DNA from: Dehalococcoidia bacterium
GTDB lineage: Bacteria; Chloroflexota; Dehalococcoidia; Lucifugimonadales; UBA1123
Direction: 5' to 3'
Assembly: GCA_965215735.1 (NCBI GenBank)
Contig: CBDCEF010000002.1
Coordinates: forward strand, 394,161-458,160
Length of the DNA stretch: 64,000 bases
Part shown: positions 34,046-43,882 of the stretch, one piece after another
Layout of the letters: the number at the start of each line of letters is the position of its first letter
How positions within the stretch are numbered: position 1 is the stretch's first letter
Notes under the pieces: generated by a model
The model's input: only the letters and a program-made list of their open reading frames with translations
What the model was told of the DNA's origin: nothing
The model's database searches: none
Position numbers and translations under genes: made by a program

Positions 34046-35561
34046 GTAATTGATTAGCGGTAGTGGTTGGTGAGATTGCAGTCGGCAGGTCATGTTCTTA
34101 TACTTCGGCCATGTGTACCGACAAAGACCGCCCTCCCTGTGAACACGACGACCTGGTCGGCAAGGTCGACCGCTTGCAAGGCCAGGTCGCGCGTCTGACG
34201 ACGACGATCAAGGAGCTTCGCAAGCAACTCGCCGCAGCGCAGCGAGCGGGCAAGCGCCAGGCAGCGCCATTCTCCAAGGGCGAGCGGACCTCAAAGCCAA
34301 GGCGTCCGGGTCGAAAGCCCGGGAAGGGGAACTTCAGCTACAGAAAGCCGCCCGCGGTGGACGAGCTGACAGCACCGCCTGTTGACGTTTCGGTTTCGGA
34401 GGAAAGCTGCCCCGGATGTGGAGGCATACTCGAACATGAGGGAGAGAGCCTTGCGTACGTGACCGACATTCCCCCGATGCCCAGACCGCAGGTGACAGAG
34501 TACCGGGTGCAGGTATGCCGATGCGTGTCGTGCGGCAGGCGTGTGCGAGGGCGTCATCGGGACGTTGGACCTGACCAGTACGGTGCGAGCGCCCATCGGG
34601 TGGGAAGACGAGTGATGGCTGCGGCTCACATGCTGCACTACGGAGTGGGCATACCGGTTCGTAGGGTACCGACGGTACTCAGAGCGCTGACCGGTGTGGA
34701 GTTGAGCCAGAGCGCGATCACCCAGGACGCACTGCGCCGTGCACGGGGCGCTGTGGGAGATGGGTACCGTAGGCTTCGGGAGTCTGTGCGTGAGAGCGCG
34801 GTGGTGCACACCGACGACACGGGCTGGCGAGTGGGAGGAGAGTCTGCGTTCCTGATGGCGTTCGAGACCGATGACGCCACGGTGTACCAGGTGCGCGGTC
34901 GTCACCGTAACGAGGAGGTCAGGGAGGTTGTACCTGCCGACTATGCGGGAGTGATGGTGACGGATCGAGCGCGGAGCTACGATGCTCAGGCTCTGTCGGG
35001 AGTGAGACAGCAGAAGTGTCTGGCGCATGTGCTGCGCTCGATCAGCGAGGTTATCGAGACCAAGGTGGGCCGTGGTCGCAGCTTCGGAAAGCGACTGAGC
35101 GAGTTGCTCAGAGAGGCGATGGAACTGCGGGAGTCGGAACGTCGTGGAGAGGTGGCGGACTATGGTGGGGAGACGGAGCGGTTGAGACGAGAGGTGAGCC
35201 ACCATCTGCGGGACCGTCCGCTGTCTGATCGTGACAACTGGAGGCTTCAGAACGAGCTTGGCTGGCAGGATGACCGTGGGAACCTGCTGCGCTTTCTGGA
35301 CGATGGTGGGATAGAGCCGACTAACAACCGGGCGGAGCGGGCGCTGCGCGGTGCGGTGATAGCGCGTAAGGTGTCACACTGCTCCAGGAATGAGGCTGGT
35401 GCGGATGCGTTCAGTGCGTTCACCAGTGTGATCAGGACCCTGGCTCGGCACGGTGGGGGTCAGTCGACGGTGGACGGTCTGTGTGGTGTGTTCAGCGGCG
35501 CGCCTGTCCACACCCGCTCCATCTGAACCTCCTCCCCCCTCTGACTCCGCTAATCAATTAC
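34046..35561 (+). mobile_element. IS66-family insertion sequence (single-ORF type)
   Basis: Perfect 15-bp terminal inverted repeats are present: GTAATTGATTAGCGG (34046-34060) and CCGCTAATCAATTAC (35547-35561). The flanking 8-bp duplication is CCCCTGCG / CCCCTGAG (7 of 8 match). Confidence 0.85.
34111..35526 (+). CDS. IS66-family transposase
   Basis: The leucine-zipper N-terminus, zinc ribbon CPGCGG...CRCVSCGRR, HTDDTGWRV and IEPTNNRAERALRGAVIARKVS are all present. The start is taken at MCTDKD because the 5' fragment at 63352 begins the same way. Confidence 0.88.
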   Translation: MCTDKDRPPCEHDDLVGKVDRLQGQVARLTTTIKELRKQLAAAQRAGKRQAAPFSKGERTSKPRRPGRKPGKGNFSYRKPPAVDELTAPPVDVSVSEESCPGCGGILEHEGESLAYVTDIPPMPRPQVTEYRVQVCRCVSCGRRVRGRHRDVGPDQYGASAHRVGRRVMAAAHMLHYGVGIPVRRVPTVLRALTGVELSQSAITQDALRRARGAVGDGYRRLRESVRESAVVHTDDTGWRVGGESAFLMAFETDDATVYQVRGRHRNEEVREVVPADYAGVMVTDRARSYDAQALSGVRQQKCLAHVLRSISEVIETKVGRGRSFGKRLSELLREAMELRESERRGEVADYGGETERLRREVSHHLRDRPLSDRDNWRLQNELGWQDDRGNLLRFLDDGGIEPTNNRAERALRGAVIARKVSHCSRNEAGADAFSAFTSVIRTLARHGGGQSTVDGLCGVFSGAPVHTRSI

Positions 35562-36373
35562 CCCCTGAGGGCAAGCAGATAAGGCGAGCATGGAGAGAAA
35601 AGAATCCTCACAAGGTCTTAGCCAAGCGTGAACGCCAAAGGCAAAAGCATCGAGAGAAGACAGGTTACAACCCGGAAGGTCGAACCTGCGAGGATTGCAA
35701 TGCTGATATATCTCACAGGGGACATAACGCCAAATGGTGCGTTCCTTGTTCGACACCTCCTGCTAGGACGTGCATAGTATGCCATACCGACATTTCGAAC
35801 AGAGGGGTCAGAGCACAATTCTGTAGTGAGGACTGCAAGCAACATCAGCAGCAGTCGAAGGAGTTGGTTGGGTACACCAAGACATGTACCAAGTGCAACG
35901 AGAACAAAGATCACAATGAATTCGGACTTCACTACAATCTCAGGCGCTCAGTCTGCAAAAGTTGCGAAGTTAAGGACCAGTCAGAACGGTACCACAACTT
36001 CACTCCTGAACAGAGGGCAAGAAGGCGTCGCCTTCGACGCAAGCGTGAGCGAATCAAAAGGACCAGTCTGTCCCCAACGGAAAGGGCAGTGCTGAGAACC
36101 AACGTCCGCCAAGTTCGCAGACGGAAGCTATATGGGCCTGGCTTCGATGAGGATAGATTGTATTCAGAGCAAGAGGGCAAGTGTGCTGTCTGCGAAACTC
36201 CTAAGTCGCTGGAAGAGCTGGAACTCGACCATGACCACGCGACAGGAAGGCTGCGGGGATTCCTGTGTAAGAATTGTAACTTCAAGCTGCTGCCTCGCTA
36301 CGAGAAGTTTCCACACCGACACCAAGATTCGCCGCTTTTGAATGCATACCTGTTAAAAGGCAAACGGCAATGA
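35562..36373 (+). pseudogene. 3' part of the IS66-interrupted zinc-ribbon / recombination endonuclease VII gene
   Basis: Two more C.DC..DISHRG..A.WC.PCS modules are followed by the EndoVII core GKCAVCETPKSLEELELDHDHATGRLRGFLCKNCNFKL. Confidence 0.7.
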
Positions 36374-36846
36374 CCCAAGTGACAATGTTCAAGAGACAAG
36401 AACGAGTACTCAAGCAGTGCAACAGCTGTCACCAGTCGTTTGAGAAGACATCCTTCCCTCCCGGACGCGCTCGTTGCAGGAGATGCCACCTAGAAAGGCT
36501 GAAGGTCAGCGTACGGAAGTCCATGTTGAAGCATCAGTATGGTATTACGCCAGAAATTCACCGGGCGATGTACGAGGATCAAGGCGGCAAGTGTTACTTT
36601 TGTGATGACCATAGACCCAGCAGAGGAAAAAGAGGACTAGCGATAGACCACGACAAGGTGACCGGCTTTGTTCGCGGTCTATTGTGTCGTCCATGTAATG
36701 CGAATTGGGTTGATGAGTACAAGAAGCTGCCTACGGAGTACCAGGACTCACCACGAACTAATGCCTATCTGCTTCGTGGTGAAACCGGTGATTACGTAGA
36801 GAGCATCAAGTGGCGTTTGGCAAGCCAGCGGCCGGGCTCACAATGA
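36370..36846 (+). CDS. recombination endonuclease VII family protein
   Basis: The core reads GGKCYFCDD...LAIDHDKVTGFVRGLLCRPCNANW. It shares the tail motif YQDSPRTNAYLLRG with the upstream gene (HQDSPLLNAYLLKG). The start overlaps the upstream stop (ATGA). Confidence 0.75.
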   Translation: MTQVTMFKRQERVLKQCNSCHQSFEKTSFPPGRARCRRCHLERLKVSVRKSMLKHQYGITPEIHRAMYEDQGGKCYFCDDHRPSRGKRGLAIDHDKVTGFVRGLLCRPCNANWVDEYKKLPTEYQDSPRTNAYLLRGETGDYVESIKWRLASQRPGSQ

Positions 36847-37077
36847 GTAGAGACTCCATCTTCAGTGCCAGGGGTCGCTCACCCACCAGCTTTACCGGAC
36901 CCCACTATGGGCTTCTATCTAGTAGCAAGCCGGTCAACCTTATCTTGCGAATGCTACATTGAGCGTCCGTCCCAGTTGGCTGACGTAATCAAGTGGGACG
37001 ATGCGGATTCTGACCAGTCAACAACCACACTGGCTTCAATGGCAGATGGTAAGGGTTGAGGTTGGAAGCTACTACTG

Positions 37078-37506
37078 TCAGTATCCATTCCGCCGACCCC
37101 ACTCGATCCATGCACTCGCCATCTCTGAGATGTTGCCCTGACAGTCCTCAGGTACGGGATTGGCCCCGGTGATCGAGTAGAGTGCCCAGAACCAGTGGTC
37201 TGGCCGACGGTTGAGCTCGTTCAGGATTAGTGAGACTGCGTCTTCGCCCATTCCGATTATCCGCTGGTATGAAGGGTGCATCACCATGTCGGCGACGTCG
37301 ACTCCGCGAGGGCGATCACGGCGCCAGTCTTCTGCGAGCTGCTTGAAAAGTGGAGTGCAGTCCTGCCGTCCGTGTTCATCAGCATGTGTCTCTGAGAGCC
37401 AATTCTCGATAGCCTCTGCCGCGAGGTCATCGACTTGTCTGCCGGTCTTGGCGGCCTCGTCTTCAAGGGCCCTGTATAGAGTCGCGCTCAGCGAGAGTGT
37501 GTTCAT
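37078..37506 (-). CDS. hypothetical protein with RHH-like N-terminus
   Basis: A 142-aa ORF lies 27 nt downstream of the rhodanese gene on the same strand. The N-terminus LYRALEDEAAKTGRQVDDLAAEAIENWL looks CopG-like, and the C-terminus contains the conserved-looking PDHWFWALYSITG. No family name is assigned. Confidence 0.5.
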   Translation of the reverse strand: MNTLSLSATLYRALEDEAAKTGRQVDDLAAEAIENWLSETHADEHGRQDCTPLFKQLAEDWRRDRPRGVDVADMVMHPSYQRIIGMGEDAVSLILNELNRRPDHWFWALYSITGANPVPEDCQGNISEMASAWIEWGRRNGY

Positions 37507-37533
37507 TCCGGTACCTGAGTAGATGCGGGGTTA

Positions 37534-39117
37534 TCAGTCCCCTACAGCGTACTTGTGCCCCAGCTCCTCCTCCCATCGCAGGTAGTTCACCATATCCGCG
37601 AAGCCGCGGTCGGGGCCCATGGGGAGCGAGTCATTGGGAGGGGACATGACTCCGGTCAGCCCGACCTCTACGTCGCGGCCTGAGCTCTGCCATGCCTTCG
37701 TTCCGCCTTCCAGTGTGCTGACGTCGGTGTAGCCCATATCGGTCAGCGTGGCAGCTGCCAGGAGCGACTGCGCTCCGCCGTCGGCGCAGGTGACGACGAT
37801 CGGTGCGTCCTTGTCGGGCGCGACATCGCCGATTCTGAACTCCAGCCAGCCCCTCGGCACCCATGACGAACCAGGTACGTGACCCTGGACGAACTCCGTG
37901 CTAAGTCCGACGTGTATGACCCGGGCAGACGAGGAGGAGGCGTCAACGTCGTCCGCTGTCACAGTGCCAACGCTATTCATAGAGAGCGTCGGTGCACTGG
38001 ACGCCGGTGCGCCGCTCGCCATCTCGCGGCCTGACTCGACCCACGCTGACGTCCCGCCATGGACCGCGTACACTTCCTCGAACCCCATCTGCCTGTACCA
38101 TGACGCCGTGAACGCGGCGCGTGCCCTGCCGTCGCAGCAGAACACGATGGGTGCGTTTTGGACGACAGCGACCTCGTCGGCGCGCTGCACCGCCTGTCCG
38201 CCGGGGAACCACCTGAAGCCGGATATGTGACCCTCGGCGTACTCGGAGTCGGTACGGACGTCGATCAGATATACGGTCTCGGACGTCCTGCGTTCCATCA
38301 GGGAGTCCAGGGCGGATACGTCTATGTATCGGACTCCGTCCTGCTCCACGAGCTGGTCGGCGAACCGCTCGGCGGCGGCCAGACCCTCGTCTGTCGGATC
38401 GGGCAGATCGAGGCGGTCTGCGCCGGTCTCCAGCTGGTACCCGGCGAGCACCCAGCCTGCGGTGCCGTTCTCGAGTCCGACCACGTTGTCTACGCCCATC
38501 CGCTGGAGGAGCCGAGCGCCGATGATGCTCCTGGTACGACCGGCGCAGTTGATGATGACGGTCGTATCGTCGTCCACATCGTCGAGGAGATCGCTGATGT
38601 GCAGGCCAAGCTCGCCGTTGGGCACGCTGCGACCGCCGGGAATGCAGTTCCGCTGGTACTCCTCAGGAGTGCGCGTGTCCAGGATGACCATCTTGTCGCC
38701 GCGGTCCATCCTGCTCCGCAGCTCGACCGCGTCGATCTCAGGCACGCCATGCTGGACCTGCACCTTCTCGCCGAAGTCCTTGCTGGGCACGTTGACGCCC
38801 CACTCGGTGGGACGGCGTTCGGTCACCCAGCGGTTCATACCGCCGCTCATCGCCGTTGCGTTTCGATAGCCGAGACTACGGAGGGTCTCTGCGGCGAGGG
38901 CCGCGCGTCGGCCGTCGTCGTCGCACAGCACGACCGTCGTATCCGCGAACGGTACCGAGTCGGCGATGCGTAGCTCCAGCTCTCTGCGCGGGATCAGGCT
39001 AGATCCGGTGATGTGCGAGGAATTGTACTCACCCGCTTCCCGAACGTCGATCAGCGCGAACGGCCGGTCGCCAGCGAACAGGTCGGCAACTTCGGCGCAG
39101 GATATAGTTGATGACAT
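37534..39117 (-). CDS. multi-domain rhodanese-family sulfurtransferase (four rhodanese modules)
   Basis: Four repeats of the rhodanese fold carry active-site-loop cysteines: LCDDDGRRA, CAGRTRS, CCDGRARA and CADGGAQS. Confidence 0.8.
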   Translation of the reverse strand: MSSTISCAEVADLFAGDRPFALIDVREAGEYNSSHITGSSLIPRRELELRIADSVPFADTTVVLCDDDGRRAALAAETLRSLGYRNATAMSGGMNRWVTERRPTEWGVNVPSKDFGEKVQVQHGVPEIDAVELRSRMDRGDKMVILDTRTPEEYQRNCIPGGRSVPNGELGLHISDLLDDVDDDTTVIINCAGRTRSIIGARLLQRMGVDNVVGLENGTAGWVLAGYQLETGADRLDLPDPTDEGLAAAERFADQLVEQDGVRYIDVSALDSLMERRTSETVYLIDVRTDSEYAEGHISGFRWFPGGQAVQRADEVAVVQNAPIVFCCDGRARAAFTASWYRQMGFEEVYAVHGGTSAWVESGREMASGAPASSAPTLSMNSVGTVTADDVDASSSSARVIHVGLSTEFVQGHVPGSSWVPRGWLEFRIGDVAPDKDAPIVVTCADGGAQSLLAAATLTDMGYTDVSTLEGGTKAWQSSGRDVEVGLTGVMSPPNDSLPMGPDRGFADMVNYLRWEEELGHKYAVGD

Positions 39118-39225
39118 AGCAATTCACCTAGTCTTGTAGGGGTGGGTTTCAAACCCGCCCCTACGGGATTGTCGGACAGGATGCAGACAACAGATCAGGC
39201 CCGCCACCTGAAATCTGACGCCAGC

Positions 39226-39801
39226 CTAGCAGTTGTCGAAGCGCGTGGTTGCGAAGTGCTTGACCTCGCCGGTCTCCACGCTGTACCTGCTGCGCTGCAA
39301 GCCCCTCAGGTCGTTGCCGTAGACGTGTATCTCGACCGTCGGCCGGTCGGAGTAGTTGTCCATCTGGTGGATCTCGTCTACCTCGGGGATCAGCAGGCTG
39401 ACGTCGCCGGGCAGCACCAGCGTCTCGCGGTCCCTCTCGATCTGCGCGTAGTCGTCGCGCGAGCGGTCGTCGTGTCGCCTGAATCGGGTCTCGGTGATGC
39501 CGTTGTCCATCACGCCGATCATGCCCCAGGTGCAGTGGTCGTGCGGCCCGATGTGGTCGCCGGGCCCCCAGACCACGGTGGTCACAAGCAGTCCGTTGTC
39601 GCCATAGTGGAGCAGATAGGTGCCGTGATTACGCCCCTGCGAAGGCGTCCTGTACCGCTCCGGAATAGCGTCCGGGTTGACTATGAGCCGCTCCAGGTAT
39701 GTGGAGCCGCGATCGAACAGCCGCTCCTGTTCCGGCTGCTCGTCAACCAACGCGCTCATGTCGTGGATGAACTCGTCGAGTGCATACTTTACCGTGGTCA
39801 T
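39226..39801 (-). CDS. cysteine dioxygenase type I-like cupin (thiol dioxygenase)
   Basis: The cupin motif GPGDHIGPHDHCTWGMIGVMDNG is present. A GGAGGA RBS precedes the ATG at 39801, and the ORF is open to 39867. It lies directly upstream of the rhodanese gene. Confidence 0.7.
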   Translation of the reverse strand: MTTVKYALDEFIHDMSALVDEQPEQERLFDRGSTYLERLIVNPDAIPERYRTPSQGRNHGTYLLHYGDNGLLVTTVVWGPGDHIGPHDHCTWGMIGVMDNGITETRFRRHDDRSRDDYAQIERDRETLVLPGDVSLLIPEVDEIHQMDNYSDRPTVEIHVYGNDLRGLQRSRYSVETGEVKHFATTRFDNC

Positions 39802-39975
39802 CGTAGTCCTCCAAGTTGTCTTGCCTCGGCTACCCATTGTCATTGCGGGGGAGAGCCGGGGGCGCACCCCCAGTTTTTGCCATAGATGTAATCCTAATTC
39901 TCACACCTCGCCATGCAGGTTGCAACAGCGTGAGTGATTCTGAGACTGTTCCAGATTGGTAGGCACTACTATTTC

Positions 39976-40002
39976 GTCATACCGGCGAAGGCCGGTATCC
40001 AG
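39976..40002 (+). repeat. REP-like hairpin, family 1 variant
   Basis: GTCATACCGGCGAAGGCCGGTATCCAG, with compensatory stem changes. Confidence 0.75.
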
Positions 40003-40135
40003 AGGTGGAGGGGTGGCTCACGCAGGGATCGCCTACTAACGTGGCACAGGCTCAGCGATTCTCGATCCGCCCACTGCGCATGGCCCTGAATGTCCGTGTG
40101 ATAGACTGGATCAAGCGCCCGTTGGAGGTCTCACA

Positions 40136-40921
40136 ATGGTCACGCCACACCTCAAACAGGATGTCAGACACACTGATACTGACACCGTCCACTACCCCAT
40201 AGACGATGACGAACCCTTGGCCGAATCCGAATACCAGCTCTTCCCGCTCACCTATGCGCACGCGGCGCTGAGGTCGTGGTTCGAGGACAATCCGACCGTC
40301 TGGGTCGGAGCGGACATGTTCCTCTACTACGAAGAAGGCGTCCCATCGAGTGTGGTCGCGCCCGATGTGTTCGTGGTCACTCAGACTCACAAGAGATATC
40401 TGCGAAACATCTTCCAGACGTGGGTCGAGGGCCGGGTGCCTGAACTGGTTTTGGAGATCATGTCACCCTCGTCGGTACACCGTGACACGGTGACGAAGTT
40501 CGAGTTGTACGAGCGCCTGAGTGTACGGGAATACTGGATTTACGACCCGACAGAGGAGGGCGTTCTTGAGCCCCGACTGCGGGGGAACGTGCTCGTGGGA
40601 GGTGAGTACCGCCCGATAGAGATGCGTGAGGTGGATGGGAAGTACGTCGGTGTGAGCGACGTATTGGGCCTCGAGTTCCACGCCAATGCTGAGTGGTTCC
40701 GGTTCTTCAACCCTATCTCAGGCGAGTACCTACCCGACTACCAGGAGAATCAACAAGCGCAGGTGGAAGCCGAGACTCTGGCCCGCACGGAGCAAGCCGC
40801 CAGAGAAGCCGCCGAGGCACAAGCCGAACAGGAGCGAGCCGCAAGAGAAGCAGCCGAGGCGCGGCTGGCGGCAATGGAGGCTGAGCTCCGACGGCTGCGT
40901 GGTCAACAGAGACCGAGCTAG
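40136..40921 (+). CDS. Uma2-family endonuclease, paralog 4
   Basis: It is very similar to paralog 1: YPIDDDEPLAESEYQLFPLTYAHAAL, VPELVLEIMS, REYWIYDPTEEG. The tail ends in AELRRLRGQ. Confidence 0.88.
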   Translation: MVTPHLKQDVRHTDTDTVHYPIDDDEPLAESEYQLFPLTYAHAALRSWFEDNPTVWVGADMFLYYEEGVPSSVVAPDVFVVTQTHKRYLRNIFQTWVEGRVPELVLEIMSPSSVHRDTVTKFELYERLSVREYWIYDPTEEGVLEPRLRGNVLVGGEYRPIEMREVDGKYVGVSDVLGLEFHANAEWFRFFNPISGEYLPDYQENQQAQVEAETLARTEQAAREAAEAQAEQERAAREAAEARLAAMEAELRRLRGQQRPS

Positions 40922-41028
40922 GACCGTAAGCCAAGCGGCGGGACGCGCGCGCCAAACCACAGCTTCCAATTCTCTCGAAATAACGTCATCACGTATTAGG
41001 TAGTAAGGCAGTTCAACAACCCAATTTC

Positions 41029-41139
41029 GTCATTCCGGCGTAGGCCGGAATCCAGAACGGGCGCGATGTCCGCTTCCAAAGGCGCCTAGATTGCCGGCGG
41101 CGAGCCACTTCGTGGGTTCCCACTTTCACGGGAATGACT
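41029..41139. repeat. family-1 REP hairpin plus a degenerate reverse copy
   Basis: GTCATTCCGGCGTAGGCCGGAATCCAG (41029-41055) and GGGTTCCCACTTTCACGGGAATGAC (41114-41139). The adjacent GCGAGCCACTTCGTGGGTTCCC is the reverse complement of 10719-10742. Confidence 0.7.
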
Positions 41140-41205
41140 GGAAATGTCAACACTGCCTAGATGCGAGCGGAAATCCGCCTGCCAGACTCAGTCATCCGGC
41201 CTTTC

Positions 41206-42354
41206 TTACCTGCTCTTCGTGAGGATCTCGCGCAGGCGATTGGCGACGATCTCCTCTTCGCCGTCCCTGACGTTTACAGGTATGAACGAGAAGCTGTCGT
41301 CTATCTGCGACGCCCTGACCCGTATCCCCGGATCGCCGTCTTCAAGCTGTTGGACGATCTCATCCAGTGACGGGCCGGTCCACGCCGAAGTCAGTTGGAC
41401 GACGGCACGGGCGGTGTTGTTATCAGGCTCATACAGCTCTGGGCGGGCTTCCACCAGCTCGATGGTCAGACCGTCTATGTCCTGCAGCCGGTCGGCAACG
41501 TGTGCGGACTTCGCTCTCCAACCGGCCTGCACCGCGTAGAAGTCTGTATCGACAAACATCTCAAGCGCTGTCACCAGTCCGGCGATCTCCTCTTTGCAGA
41601 CCTTGGCGGCGCGGCCTATTGACTCGGAGTTCGGAGCCGAGTTGGCGTACGCCGCCTCGATGAGGTCGGCACGGCCTGCCAGTATGCCCGTGGACTGAGG
41701 TCCGAGCACGCCCTTGCCCCCGCTGAAGCTGACCAGGTCGGCCCCCTGATCGATGAATCTGCTCAGGTTTTCGGGAGGCGGCAGCATGGCAGCGGCGTCC
41801 ACTATGACAGGGACATCGCGCTCGTGCGCGATCTCGATCACCTTGGGCAGGGACAAGGCTCCGCCGCGTCTGGGGCCGAACACGTAGGCGACAGCGGCGG
41901 TGTTCTCGTTGATTGCGGACTCCAGCTCCCACTCGTGGGTCGTGCCGGTGTTGCCGATCTCGACCAGCTTCGCACCGGTGACACGGAAGCTGTGGTCGTA
42001 GTTGACGCGGTGTGCGCGGTGAATGACGATCTCGTCCTTCATGCCGGTCGTGTCGGGGAGTTGCCATATCTTGGCGGGGTCGGTGCCCGCTATGCACGCC
42101 GCCGACTCGAGCACCATCCCGGCTGCCGACCCGGCCGTGACCAGTCCCGACTCGGCGCCGGTCAGCCGCGCGATGACCTCGCCGGCCTTCTGGTTCAGCT
42201 CGTGCAGGTCGATGAACCACCGTGAAGCCTCGTTCATCGACTCGACCACGGCAGTCGGCATGATGCTGCCCCCGTACACGGTGATCCAGCTCGCCGCGTT
42301 GATGATTCGCTTGACGCCAAGTCGGTTGTAGAACTCGTTTGTCTGACTAGTCAT
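41206..42354 (-). CDS. SelA-like PLP-dependent enzyme (aminotransferase class V fold)
   Basis: The N-terminus reads YNRLGVKRIINAASWITVYGGS. The PLP-lysine region is DLVSFSGGKGVLGPQSTGILAGR. The start at 42354 overlaps the flotillin stop by 8 nt. Confidence 0.7.
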   Translation of the reverse strand: MTSQTNEFYNRLGVKRIINAASWITVYGGSIMPTAVVESMNEASRWFIDLHELNQKAGEVIARLTGAESGLVTAGSAAGMVLESAACIAGTDPAKIWQLPDTTGMKDEIVIHRAHRVNYDHSFRVTGAKLVEIGNTGTTHEWELESAINENTAAVAYVFGPRRGGALSLPKVIEIAHERDVPVIVDAAAMLPPPENLSRFIDQGADLVSFSGGKGVLGPQSTGILAGRADLIEAAYANSAPNSESIGRAAKVCKEEIAGLVTALEMFVDTDFYAVQAGWRAKSAHVADRLQDIDGLTIELVEARPELYEPDNNTARAVVQLTSAWTGPSLDEIVQQLEDGDPGIRVRASQIDDSFSFIPVNVRDGEEEIVANRLREILTKSR

Positions 42355-43831
42355 TAGGGTCTTCGCTCCTCGATTCGATTGCGTCCGATGATTCTCCATC
42401 AACGTCTTCAGATTGACCACCCTGCCGATTGTTGTCGTCTGAAACTATGCCGGGCAGGTTCTTGAGCGTGCTGATGAGGTCAACTCCGGTGAGGGACTGG
42501 ACCAGCGCAGGAAGCTGAGCAATGGTGTTCGATACGTCCTGGGTGACCTTGCTGGCCCCGGTGCCCGCTCCATTATCTCCGCCGTTGCTTATGACCACTA
42601 TACTGTCGGTCTTCGCCAGCGGCTGCGCCACAGCGTCCGCGACCCGCGGCAGAGACTCGAACAGCTGCTGGATCATAGCGGCCTGCCCGTAGCCCTTCCA
42701 GGCATCCGCCTTCTTGTCCATCGCTTCCGCCTCCGCGAGTCCCTGTGCCCTGATGGATTCGGCCTCAGCCTCTCCACGCGCTTTGATGGCGTCCGCCTCC
42801 GCCTGTCCTCGAAGCCTGATGGCTTCGGCCTCTGCTTCAGCTTCCGCGATGACGCGCGTCCGTTCGCCGGTGGCCACGGTCTCCAGGCTGTAGCGCTCTG
42901 CCTCTGCCTCGACGCGGGCGCGACGCCTGTTGCCCTCGGCAATCAGCTCCAACTGGTCGCGCTCGGCTTCGGCAGGGCGACGCACGGTCGCGTCCAACTC
43001 ACGTTCCCGGCGGGTGATCTCCTGCACCTGAATTTCGATCTGCTTCTGGCGCTCGACCACTTCGATCTGCAGCTCTTCCTCTCTGATCTGCTGGCGTGTC
43101 TTCGCCTCCTGGAGTGAGTATGCCAGCTCCGCTTCGGCCCTGCGCGCGTTGGTCTGCTGATCGTATGCCGCCTTCTCGATACTGAAGTCTCTTTCCGACT
43201 CCGCGATCGCGGTATCCGCAGCGAATTTCGCCGCCTGGTGCTCCTGTTCGGCCTGGGCGGCCCTGATCCCGGCGTCACGTTCCGCCTCGGCCTGGCCGAT
43301 AGCGGCGTCACGCTTCACCTCTGCGGTCCTTCTGACTCCGAGCGCCTCCAGATACCCCTGCTCGTCCTGGATGTCTCGAATCGAGAAGCTCACGATCTCC
43401 AGGCCCATATTGGTCATGTCAGTCGCCGCTACTTCGCGGACCTGTTCGGCAAACGCCACCCTGTCCTGGTAGATGTCCTCGACGGTCATCGTCCCCAGAA
43501 TCGCGCGCTGCTGGCCTTCGAGCGTCTGCAGGGCGACCTCAGAGGTCTCCTGCACACTCTTGCCGAGGAACTGCTCTGCGGCGGTCCTGATCGCCTGCTC
43601 GCTTCGACCTACCTTGACCTGCGCCACGCCATCGACCGATATGGAAACCCCTTCCGCCGTGTACACCCTCGCCGTATTGACCTGGAGTGTCATCACTTCC
43701 AGCGACAGCATCTGTGCCTTCTGAATGAACGGCAGGACGAACATCCTGCCGCCCACTTTCACCTTCGGCTGTATGTCTCCCCCTGACACGATCAGGGCGT
43801 AGTTGGGTCCTACTGTGTGAAATCCTGCCAT
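42347..43831 (-). CDS. flotillin / SPFH (band 7) family protein
   Basis: The SPFH N-terminus is GPNYALIVSGG...FVLPFIQKAQMLSLEVMTL. A long EA-rich coiled coil follows. The start is taken at MAGFHTV. Confidence 0.88.
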   Translation of the reverse strand: MAGFHTVGPNYALIVSGGDIQPKVKVGGRMFVLPFIQKAQMLSLEVMTLQVNTARVYTAEGVSISVDGVAQVKVGRSEQAIRTAAEQFLGKSVQETSEVALQTLEGQQRAILGTMTVEDIYQDRVAFAEQVREVAATDMTNMGLEIVSFSIRDIQDEQGYLEALGVRRTAEVKRDAAIGQAEAERDAGIRAAQAEQEHQAAKFAADTAIAESERDFSIEKAAYDQQTNARRAEAELAYSLQEAKTRQQIREEELQIEVVERQKQIEIQVQEITRRERELDATVRRPAEAERDQLELIAEGNRRRARVEAEAERYSLETVATGERTRVIAEAEAEAEAIRLRGQAEADAIKARGEAEAESIRAQGLAEAEAMDKKADAWKGYGQAAMIQQLFESLPRVADAVAQPLAKTDSIVVISNGGDNGAGTGASKVTQDVSNTIAQLPALVQSLTGVDLISTLKNLPGIVSDDNNRQGGQSEDVDGESSDAIESRSEDPND

Positions 43832-43882
43832 CTGGTCTCTCCTCATTCGGCTTGATTGGGCGACGCATCGTTTCGGCTGCCT

